Assembly: GCA_963836075.1 (NCBI GenBank) | Contig: CAWIIB010000009.1 | Coordinates: forward strand, 352,001 to 416,000 | Direction of reading: 5' to 3' | From: an uncultured Acidobacteriota bacterium | Lineage (GTDB): Bacteria; Acidobacteriota; JAQAZP01 | DNA: 64,000 nucleotides | Made by a program: the position numbers and the translations under genes | Notes under the pieces: model-generated | Database searches by the model: none | Told to the model about the DNA's origin: nothing | What the model saw: only the letters and a program-made list of their open reading frames with translations | Shown here: piece by piece, positions 39,694 through 49,460 of the stretch | How positions within the stretch are numbered: the stretch's first letter is position 1 | How the letters are laid out: every line of letters starts with the position of its first letter

Positions 39694-40875
<1,182 letters not shown>

Positions 40876-41137
40876 CCTCCCCTGCCATCGCCCTGCGGTA
40901 CGATGAGCCATGTTGCTTTTGTTAAGAATAGAATGATATACATACCAGCAATCTCGACAATATTGTATTTCTCTAAATCACCTTAGATTACATCGGAAGT
41001 TTACCACCGAAATTATCGGAGTCAACAATTCCGGTCAATTTTTTTAAAAGATACCACATTACACGGTAAACTTAATACAGGCTTATATAGCAACAACTTA
41101 TGTCGGCTACAGCGCAGACGACCCGCTGTCGGCATAT

Positions 41138-41153
41138 TGGCACACTGATTGCA
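41138..41153 (+). promoter_or_regulatory. Sigma54 (-24/-12) promoter
   Basis: TGGCAC-ACTGA-TTGCA, a consensus match; IHF-like TAGCAACAACTTA at 41088-41100; divergent from the bEBP gene. Confidence 0.75.
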
Positions 41154-41232
41154 TTACCCCCATACAGGGGTATACTTTAATTCAGGCCTTTCTACCAGAG
41201 GTGCTGGAAACGGTTATCCACGGAGAGAGGAA

Positions 41233-41337
41233 ATGAGCAAGAGCACTACCATAGACAGATTGCGCAAGCTGCGCACGGCGCTGAGCAAAAAAGCCGAACA
41301 GATCATCCGGGCCCTGGCCGCCGCCATGGTGGCCTGA
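41233..41337 (+). CDS. Small basic protein, 34 aa (MSKSTTIDRLRKLRTALSKKAEQIIRALAAAMVA)
   Basis: RBS GGAGAGAGG-AA-ATG; lies between the sigma54 promoter and a terminator. Confidence 0.5.
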   Translation: MSKSTTIDRLRKLRTALSKKAEQIIRALAAAMVA

Positions 41338-41446
41338 CCTCGGCAATCGAAGAGGAATTGCTCCACCGTGAAGCTTCGAGCAGTGGCATACAGGCCATGC
41401 CATTGCTGATGGCGCGGTGATCCCTGCAGTTTGTGAGCATAGTACC

Positions 41447-41492
41447 AGCACTCTCCTGGCGTACCAGCGCGTATCGGGAGGGTGCTTTTTTT
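41447..41492 (+). terminator. Intrinsic terminator
   Basis: AGCACTCTCC...GGAGGGTGCT stem followed by a T-tract. Confidence 0.7.
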
Positions 41493-41550
41493 ATGTCCGC
41501 CCGGAAAGAGAGATCCCCGGACCTCCAGGGTGGAGCGTGAAGGCGAGACC

Positions 41551-41805
41551 TCAGTAATACTCGTCCATGGGCCCTGTTTTTGGCATCAAGGCGTCGGGGT
41601 AAAAATCGGCCACCTTCTCCCAGACAATGGTGCCATACTGCCGGTCAACCCTGAAATCGGTGAACCGCTTCAGTTCCTTGAGACGAGCAAAGGCTTCATC
41701 GTCGAGGTAAGTGGTGAAATCTATAGTAGTTCTCTCTCCATCCTCGTAGAGGATCTCGATCGTATACCCCCCCATGTGCCTGGCATCCTTGATCCGATGC
41801 ATCAC
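41551..41805 (-). CDS. DUF2442-like small protein
   Basis: GYTIEILYEDGE...F..LK....F..F.VD...GTIVW...DF.PD.L; RBS AGGAGG. Confidence 0.7.
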   Translation of the reverse strand: MMHRIKDARHMGGYTIEILYEDGERTTIDFTTYLDDEAFARLKELKRFTDFRVDRQYGTIVWEKVADFYPDALMPKTGPMDEYY

Positions 41806-41911
41806 GTCACCTCCTGAGTTTTCAGGTATCTATATATAATACGGTTCCTTTTCGGAAAATGACCATCCTTTTTTTCGATTTTCTGCACATCTGCGCCCGG
41901 TTTTCCCCGGA

Positions 41912-43882
41912 TCAAACGTTGACCTTGTTCAGCGATTCCGATTCCCGGACGAGACCCGTGTTGCCGGTGGAGGAATACTGCTCCAGCAGTTCGTCGATCA
42001 GCCCCTGGCAGAGTTCCACGTCGGCATCGATGGTGGGGACCACGCGGGCCAGTTCCTCGAGGGTGGTCTGGCGCCGGAGCACCTTGTCCAGGCCGTCGAG
42101 AATCATCGGGCGCATCCCGTAGGCCACGGCATTGGCCCGCAGGAGCAGCTGGTCGTTCAGGTCCTCCAGACCATCCAGCTCGTCGGCGGTGGGCACCCAG
42201 AGCTCGGTCACCGCCAGCCGGCCGCGGTAGCCGGTGTCGTCGCACTTTTTACAGCCCTTGCCCCGGACCAGCTTGATATCCACGCCTTCCCTGCCGAAGC
42301 AGGTTTTGAGCAGCCGCAGATCGGGCAGGTAGGCCTCGGCGCAGTCGGGACAGATCACCCGGGCCAGCCGCTGGCCCATGATCGCCGTGGTGTAGGAGAG
42401 GAAGATCAGCGGCTCCACCTGCAGCTCGCGGATCCGGCCCACGCTTTTGGTCGTGTTCACCGTGTGCAGCGTGCTCAGCAGCAGGTGCCCGGTCTGCACC
42501 GCCTTGATCGCCATGTTCGCCGTCTCCGGGTCACGGATCTCGCCGACCATGATCACGTCCGGATCCTGGCGCAGGAAGGCGCGCAGCAGGGTGGAGAAGT
42601 CCACGTTACGGGCCCGGTTCAGCTGGGTCTGGACGATGTCCTCGTAGGTGTATTCGATAGGGTCCTCGGCAGTGATGATCTTCTTTCCCGGGTCGGCCAC
42701 CGAGTTGAGGGCGGCATAGAGGGTGGTGCTCTTTCCCGAACCGGTGGGCCCGGAGACCAGGATCATCCCCTCGGGCTTGCGGATCAGTTCGTTGAACTTT
42801 TCGTAGACCCTGCCGGAGAACCCCAGCTGCTCCAGAGTCACCTTCCCCTTGTCCTGGTCCAGCACCCGGATGGTGATGCACTCGCCATTGCTCGAGCTCA
42901 CCGTGGAGACACGGAAGTCCACCAGCTTCGAGCGGCCACAGATCTTGTAGCGGCCGCGGAAACTCCCGTCCTGGGGCACCACCTTCTCGTCGATCTTCAT
43001 CGAGCGGGTCAGGATTTTGATCCGCGAGATCACCGAGATGTACTCGCGGTTGAAATCCTCGGGCATGGGGATGGTGCGCAGGGTGCCGTCCACCCGCAGC
43101 TTGACGATGCCGCCCTTCTCCCGGGCCTCGAGGTGGATGTCGCTGGCTTCGAATTTCAGTGCGGTGTTGAAGATATAGTCCATGATCTTCAGCGTCCGCC
43201 GGACCACCACGGGACTCTGGTGGCGCATATCTTCGTCGGATCGGGCCAGTCCTTTCTTTATCGAGACGTCTGAATCGGAGCCGAGGTTGAAGAGGTTGCG
43301 GATGAACAGGTCGATCTCGCCGGGAGGGGCGAGGTAGAACTCCATCTCCTTGTTGGTGTGGCGGAACTGCTGCAGGTCCTCCATCAGCAGGGTGTTGATC
43401 TCGGCGATGGCCACCTTGACGCTTCTCTTCCCTTCCTCGAATACCACCACCTGGTTCCTCTTGGAGAACTCCTCACTGATCACCCTTCGCAGGGTCTTGA
43501 CCGGGCTGATGTTGTATAGCGAGATGATGGGCAGGTTGAAGTGCCGGGAAAGAATCTGGAGATACCCCTCCTCGGTGATCAGGTCGCGTTCCATGAGGAT
43601 GTCCCGGAACGGCCGGAGAGTTTCGAGATGCTCTTCCTGGACTTCGGCCAGCTGTGCCTCGGAGAGATATCCCGCCGAAACCAGCATGTCTTCCAGAGAC
43701 TTGCGCTTGTTGTAGAGATCGAGGACGCGGTTGACCCGGACCTGCGACGCGCCCAGTTCGATGAGGATTTCGCCGAGATACCGCTCCCCCACCTCTTTCT
43801 GGAGGGCGAGGGCCTGCTCGAGCTGCTCCTCGCTGATCACCGACTGTGAAACAAGCAACTGCCCCAGCTTTTTACTGCTCAT
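41912..43882 (-). CDS. GspE/PilB family secretion ATPase with N-terminal MshEN motifs
   Basis: KKLGQLLV..LEQAL..Q, YLGEILI; ASDIHLE, Walker A GPTGSGKST, EDPIEY, LRQDPDVIMVGEIRD, TGHLLLSTLH, CxxC motifs. Confidence 0.92.
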   Translation of the reverse strand: MSSKKLGQLLVSQSVISEEQLEQALALQKEVGERYLGEILIELGASQVRVNRVLDLYNKRKSLEDMLVSAGYLSEAQLAEVQEEHLETLRPFRDILMERDLITEEGYLQILSRHFNLPIISLYNISPVKTLRRVISEEFSKRNQVVVFEEGKRSVKVAIAEINTLLMEDLQQFRHTNKEMEFYLAPPGEIDLFIRNLFNLGSDSDVSIKKGLARSDEDMRHQSPVVVRRTLKIMDYIFNTALKFEASDIHLEAREKGGIVKLRVDGTLRTIPMPEDFNREYISVISRIKILTRSMKIDEKVVPQDGSFRGRYKICGRSKLVDFRVSTVSSSNGECITIRVLDQDKGKVTLEQLGFSGRVYEKFNELIRKPEGMILVSGPTGSGKSTTLYAALNSVADPGKKIITAEDPIEYTYEDIVQTQLNRARNVDFSTLLRAFLRQDPDVIMVGEIRDPETANMAIKAVQTGHLLLSTLHTVNTTKSVGRIRELQVEPLIFLSYTTAIMGQRLARVICPDCAEAYLPDLRLLKTCFGREGVDIKLVRGKGCKKCDDTGYRGRLAVTELWVPTADELDGLEDLNDQLLLRANAVAYGMRPMILDGLDKVLRRQTTLEELARVVPTIDADVELCQGLIDELLEQYSSTGNTGLVRESESLNKVNV

Positions 43883-44176
43883 TGGATTACCCCTGGTGAA
43901 GTTCATGCACTGAAGACGCCCCCGCCTTCCGCGTGAAGCGTCTCTCTCTATTTCGACATAAACAGCCCCGGGATTAAATCAAAACAGCCGTTAAATGAGG
44001 GACAGGAGCTATTTATCCACACATGTCGTCATGGTTAAAATGGGGACAGTTCACCTTTTATTCGAACATAGTCACCAATTGTGGCCCATGAACTCAACAA
44101 TCCTCGGCTTCTGTTAAGAATGTGCGGCTAATTTGCGCCTGTCCTTTTTTTCGTCCCGTTTTTAAATTGCGAGGCT

Positions 44177-44203
44177 GGTAACCTTTTTGACGGCGGATGC
44201 GTT
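44177..44203 (+). promoter_or_regulatory. Putative autoregulatory ECF promoter
   Basis: GGTAAC-N17-CGTT about 30 nt upstream of the ECF sigma ATG. Confidence 0.5.
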
Positions 44204-44235
44204 TATCCTGGTGAGTGAAACAATGAAGCGAGGCA

Positions 44236-44793
44236 ATGGATAACAACACTTTCCAGAACATGCTGCAGGGGAACAGAAACCGGGTTTACAGCTACGCCCG
44301 CTACTTCCTCCGCAACAACGAAGACGCCGAGGACGTGACCCAGGAGGTATTCGTCAAAATGTGGCAGCGCTGCACAGAACAGAACCCGGAAAAGATCCCG
44401 GCCTGGCTGATGCGGGTGACCCACAACCTCTGCATCGACGTCACCCGGCGGCGCAAGACCTCGGTGGGTTGGCACGTCTCGGCGTCCCAGGTGGAGCCGG
44501 ACAGCCTGCCGGCCAACCGCTCGGCGGGCGACCCGGAAGCGCACTTCCGTCTGAACGAGGCCCAGCGGTCGCTGCTCGACGCCATGGCCACGCTGCCGGC
44601 CCGCACCCGCAGCATCATGCTCATGCACTATTTCCAGGGACAGACCTACGAAGCGATCAGCGAGATCCTGCAGATCCGGGTGAGCACGATCAAAGTCACC
44701 GTGCACCGGGCCCGCAAATCGCTGCGCAAAAAACTGACCGGATACAAACCGGAATACGTGGAGACAAGGGCCAATGAACCAGCAGTGTCGTAA
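44236..44793 (+). CDS. ECF sigma factor
   Basis: DAEDVTQEVF, AWLMRVTHNLCID, TYEAISEIL...STIKVTVHRAR. Confidence 0.9.
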   Translation: MDNNTFQNMLQGNRNRVYSYARYFLRNNEDAEDVTQEVFVKMWQRCTEQNPEKIPAWLMRVTHNLCIDVTRRRKTSVGWHVSASQVEPDSLPANRSAGDPEAHFRLNEAQRSLLDAMATLPARTRSIMLMHYFQGQTYEAISEILQIRVSTIKVTVHRARKSLRKKLTGYKPEYVETRANEPAVS

Positions 44794-45352
44794 AACGAGG
44801 AGTCTCTTCGGGCCCTACCTCGACGGGGACCTTGGCCCCCGGGCGATCCGCCGGGTGGACGGTCACCTCGGGGACTGCCCCGGGTGCCGGGCCGAGTTGC
44901 AGGCCGAGCGGCAGGTGGCCGACACCTTCGCCGCCCTGCCCGAACTGGCCTGCCCGGCGCGGGTGGACCAGAGGATCATGGAACGGCTGGTGGAGGAACC
45001 GCGGAAGCGGTCGTTCTTCGAGCGCCTGGGACCGATCCTCGGCTCCCCCGGCTGGAAAACAGTGACCGCCTGCGCCGCCGCCCTGGTGGTGGTGATGCTC
45101 TTCCTGCCGGTGACCACGCAGAGCCCGGTGGGCACCGAGGCCTCCCTCGGCGGAGAGGACGGTCAGATCAGCCACCAGGAGGCATACCAGGCTCGCCAGC
45201 GCGCCAAAACCAGCCTGGCCTACGTTGCGCAACTGATTCAGGAAACGGAAAAGAAGACGGTGAACGATGTCTTGTCCAGTAAACTGCCGAAGGCCATCAG
45301 GAATTCCCTCCAGCGTGTGGTCCCGGTGACAAAGGGAGGTTCGGACTCATGA
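44774..45352 (+). CDS. Zinc-binding (zf-HC2) anti-sigma factor with TM helix
   Basis: C...YLDGDL...HLGDCPGC (HxxxCxxC) then one TM segment. Confidence 0.85.
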   Translation: MNQQCRKTRSLFGPYLDGDLGPRAIRRVDGHLGDCPGCRAELQAERQVADTFAALPELACPARVDQRIMERLVEEPRKRSFFERLGPILGSPGWKTVTACAAALVVVMLFLPVTTQSPVGTEASLGGEDGQISHQEAYQARQRAKTSLAYVAQLIQETEKKTVNDVLSSKLPKAIRNSLQRVVPVTKGGSDS

Positions 45353-45903
45353 AAACCAAAGCACTGATCGTAGCGGCCGTGTTTCTTCTGCTCTGCGCGC
45401 TGAGCGCCCAGGCCCAGGAGGATCTCTCCGGGCATGCCGGGTATGTCGACCTGGACCGGATCGAGATCCCGGTGGACGCCTCGGAAATCACCGAGGTGAA
45501 CCTCGGCCCCGAGCTGCTGAAGATGGCGGCCAAGATGGAGAACGGCGATTCGGACCTGAGCAGTACCCTGGACGGCCTGTTCGGCATCCGGGTCAAATCG
45601 TTCGGCCTGACCCCCGAGCTGGCCGGCCAGATCCGTCCCATCGTGGACGACATCCAGGCCCAGCTGGACAACGAGGGCTGGAAGCGGCTGGTCTACGTCA
45701 AGGACGGTGAGGAACTGGTCATCGTCAGCATCAAGTATGACCCGGTGGACGAGAGCAAAGTGGCCGGCATGATGGTCATCGCCTTCGAGCCGGGCGACGA
45801 GGCCACCTTCGTCAACATGGTGGGCAGCATCGACCTGGCCAACATGGGCGACCTGCTGGAGAATGTGGACGTGGAGCTGGACGACCTGGTGGAAACCGAC
45901 TGA
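45349..45903 (+). CDS. DUF4252-like secreted protein
   Basis: Signal peptide; EVNLG..LL, IRVKSF, GWKRLV.VKD, FVNMVG.IDL; typical ECF/anti-sigma context. Confidence 0.7.
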   Translation: MKTKALIVAAVFLLLCALSAQAQEDLSGHAGYVDLDRIEIPVDASEITEVNLGPELLKMAAKMENGDSDLSSTLDGLFGIRVKSFGLTPELAGQIRPIVDDIQAQLDNEGWKRLVYVKDGEELVIVSIKYDPVDESKVAGMMVIAFEPGDEATFVNMVGSIDLANMGDLLENVDVELDDLVETD

Positions 45904-45941
45904 TCGCCTGACTGTCCACCACGAAAATCCAGGTGTAAACG

Positions 45942-45975
45942 AAAAGCCCCGGGAGGACGATCCTCCCGGGGCTTT
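45942..45975. terminator. Bidirectional intrinsic terminator
   Basis: AAAAGCCCCGGGAGGA-CGA-TCCTCCCGGGGCTTT between convergent genes. Confidence 0.8.
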
Positions 45976-45981
45976 GTTTTC

Positions 45982-46003
45982 TATACTTTTTATGTACGTC
46001 CCC
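45982..46003. repeat. Single arm of the 39606-39691 repeat
   Basis: TATACTTTTTATGTACGTCCCC, identical to 39670-39691. Confidence 0.85.
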
Positions 46004-46017
46004 CCTCCGCCCGCGGC

Positions 46018-49000
46018 TTACGGCAACGTGGCGGTGATGGTCACCGAATCGGTGTCGCGTGTCGCCCGAGGGCGCGAACGGCGGCTGGTTGTACGGCGCC
46101 GGCGTCACGTCCTCACCGATAATGGTGAAAACGTTGCTGCCCACCAGCGAACTGAGACCCGGGAAGTTCTGGGTCCACATGTTGCTGTAGGTCTCGCCGG
46201 AACTGAGATTGGTCCAGCCGGCACGCCAGTTGCTGTACGACGTGCCGTTGCCGATCACCATGTCGACGCGGCCGGCGGCCCGGCGGTTCTCGGTGGTCAG
46301 GTTGGTCAGCGACACCGCCATCTGGGTGCCGAAGGGCAGCACACCGCTGTCCGGAGTGGCGCCGATGACCACCTCCACCGTGTCGGTGGGTACGCACGGG
46401 ACCGCTGTCCAGTCCCCAGATCTCCACGTCGTCGATGTTCCAGCCGGAATACTGCCAGGCGCTGTCGGTGGATCCCATGGTCCAGCGGAGGTAGACGGTG
46501 GACTGGTCGTCGGCCACGGCGGAGATGTCGTACTCCACCTGGGTCCACGAGGAATCGGTCACCTCGGCGGTGTTCTCCCAGACCGTGGTCCAGGTGGAAC
46601 CGTTGGTGCTCACCCGCACGTAGGCGTGGTCGTAAACCGGCTGCTCCACGTTGAGGTAGCGCCAGAACTTCACCGACACCTGGTCGAGGCCACTGCAGTC
46701 GATGGCGGTGGAGGTGAGGTGCGTCTCCGAGAGATAGTTCTCGTAGTCGCCCGAGAGGTTGTAACCGTAAACGTTCGAGCCGCTGTGCCCGCTGGTGGGG
46801 TCGGGGTTGCCGTACTGGCCGCCGCCGCCGCTGGGAGAGCCGTAGGCCCACAGGCCGGCCGTGGTCCAGCCGGGGTTGCTGCCCATGTCCCACTGCTGCT
46901 GCAGGGTGGGCACGCCCACCTGGAGGTTCACCGCCCGGGTGGTGTCGCCGTCGTGGCTGGTGGTGTTGGTGAAGCTCACCGTGTCGTTGTACATCCCGTT
47001 GCCCAGCGCGTTGGCCCCGGAGTTGACCGAAATGGTGATGTTGGCCGAACCGCCGCCGGGCAGGTAGCCGCCGGTGGAGGAGATGGTGACCCAGCTCTGG
47101 GTCTTGCTCACCGTGTAGTTGATGCCGCCGGGCTCCATGTTCTCGATGGTGTAGACCATGCTGGAGGGGCTGAAGGGGCCGCCGGCCTGGCCCGCGGGGT
47201 CGAACGAGCCGCTGGGGGAAACCTTCATGCCAGTCACTTCGGCGCCCTGGATGGCCAGCGCCGGGTCGCCGAAGAGGTTCAGCTCGTAGGTGCACCAGCG
47301 CATGCAGGCTTCGTTGATGCGGTAGATATTGTCTTCCTTGGAGTCCTGGTTGGCCTTGCTCACCTCGGGCATTGACTCATCGAACACCGCGTCCCAGAAC
47401 TCGCGATTGAACCGCTGGGAGGGCCCGTCGGTGCTGTCGTATTCACCCCAGCCGTAGCGGGCGTTCATCACCAGGGCAAAGGCGCCGTGGTCGGTCTTGA
47501 TGTTCATCGTCTCGGCCCAGCAGTCAGTGCCGTCCAGGTGGCCGGCAAGACAGGTCTGGGAGTAGAGGAACAGCAGCTCGGTGTTGTTCAGGTCGCTGGT
47601 CACGTCGCTGTTGTAGAACTTCATCGCGTAGTCTTCGGAGCCGTGACCGAGGTGGTTGAGGATGTGCAGGCCGTTGTTGATCGCCGTGGCCAGGGTCGAC
47701 TGGTACCAGGACATGTCCCGCTCGAACATCTCGCTGATGGAGTAGTCGGCGGTGGGGATACCCACGGTGGTGTAGCCGTGAGTGCTGGCCCCGTCCTCCA
47801 GCTCTTCCATGGTGTTGGCCGCGTAATCGCTGTCACCACCAAAACCGAGATACTCGCCCACCAGCAGCACTTCGGCCGGCAGGCTGTGCGAGCCGTTGAG
47901 ATACCAGAGGGTCTTGGTCACGAAACGGTTGACCTCGGTGGTGGTGCCCGCGCAACAGCGGCCCACATAGACCTCGGCCATCATGTCCACGTCGCTGCCG
48001 CCGGCGCCGTCGTTGGGCTCACCGTAGCGGCTGTCACCATCGTTGTTCCAGGTGCCGTCGAGGCAGCCGAAGTAGATATCGCCAGGCATGGCCGTCTCGG
48101 TGTAGCCGGCCTGGGAGTCGACGTAGAGATTCTGGGCCGGGATGATGTCGTCGTCGCCGCCGATCAGCACGTACTCGATGCCGTCGTTGGTGTAGGCGTC
48201 GATGATGTAGTCACGGATGCTCACCGGGTCGCTGCCCCCCGCCTCGGCGGTGGTGTGGATCTCGGTGGAGAGGCCGTGGTTGTCGTGATACGACTCCAGC
48301 GCGGCAAAGGAGCCGGAGAGGGTGCTGGTGGTCAGGATCAGCATGTCGTAGGCCCGGGTGCCGCGCGTGCCGGCCGCCTCGTAGGTGCCCGCCACCTCCG
48401 GGTTGTCCACCCGGCTGCGGATCCTGGCCGCGTCACTGTCAAACCCGCGGAAGAGCGGCGAGACCTTGTTCGTCTCAGCGGTCTCCACCACCACCCGCAG
48501 GCTGGGAGTGTAGAAGAGTTCGCCGGTGGCCGGGATGTAGTCCACCGGCTGCAGCCGCAGCACCAGGACCTGGTAGCCGCGGAACGACTGGGTGCCGATC
48601 TCCTCGAAGCTGGCCGCGGGGTAGACCTGGGCCGACGCGTAGACCGCCTGGTCCGGCGTGGGCCGGGCGGCCGCCCGGGGGCCGTCCATCAGCCGGTAGG
48701 GCATGGCCACCGGCTCCACCAGCATCTGGTCGCCGAGGAGCACGCGCTCGCCGGCAATGACATCCACGCTCTTCACTTCGGCGCCCAGGGGCAGCAGGAT
48801 CCGCGCCCCGCTGGCCGGCAGCGCCGGGCTGCCCACCGGGCCGCCGTTGGTGGCGCCGTCGAGGATCACCCGGTGATAGAGGGTGTCGCCGATGCGCACC
48901 GTGGTGACCTGCGGACAGTCAAAGGTGTAGTCGAGCGTCAGTTGCCCGGCCCCGGCGGTAAAACTGAGGGTGAAGAAGAGTATGGTCAGGGACACGAGAC

Positions 49001-49022
49001 GCAGGGTGTTCAGGCAGCGCAT
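46018..49022 (-). CDS. Secreted C25 (gingipain-like) cysteine peptidase with propeptide, beta-rich accessory domains and shared C-terminal domain; two +1 frameshifts (~46395, ~46058)
   Basis: Signal peptide; propeptide (GSPALP..RILLP); YVLIGGD, DIYFGCLDG, EVYVGR, catalytic NHLGHG and SQTC, LNLFGDP; C-terminus rebuilt across frames ends DTDSVTITATLP*; span = 3n+2. Confidence 0.85.
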
Positions 49023-49460
49023 ACAGAACCTCCGGAAGAAGGAGTGGTTTTCCCGTCCCCGACCCTGATTGGCCGGCGAACAGGTCCGCACCCCGTGGGC
49101 GGGGCACGGCAAGCTTCCAGGGAGATACTGGAACGTCCTGCGGGTGGCGGTTCATCGGTTGTGCGTCGCCGCGTCGATCAGCAATCCAAGATGAGATCTG
49201 ATGGCGTATTCAAAGTGCCGGGTCGGGCACGGCGATCTGATGGCAGCAATGGTGTCGATGAACCCGTCTTCGCGGTCATTGAAGCACTTCCCAGCCAGCA
49301 AAAACCAGCAACCACTAATACCTGCGCTCCAATATAAGGCCAGAAGAGGATTATGGCAAGATAAACTCCTGGTTGATTTTTGACATAGTAAGCTACTAGG
49401 AATTATGGGGTTGCGTCGTTTTCAGCGGGAAAATTCACCGGCGTGATGCCGGCCCGTCAA

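Noticed and set aside
41233-41337. tmRNA, because the small ORF ends ...ALAAAMVA
   Set aside because: No tRNA-like GGGG...TCCACCA ends or T-loop; the ORF has its own RBS and ATG
41335-41337. Selenocysteine readthrough at the small ORF TGA
   Set aside because: No redox motif context or convincing SECIS; the readthrough frame soon hits another TGA
41551-41805. Complete DUF4160/DUF2442 toxin-antitoxin pair
   Set aside because: No DUF4160 partner upstream; the gene follows the ATPase after only ~100 nt
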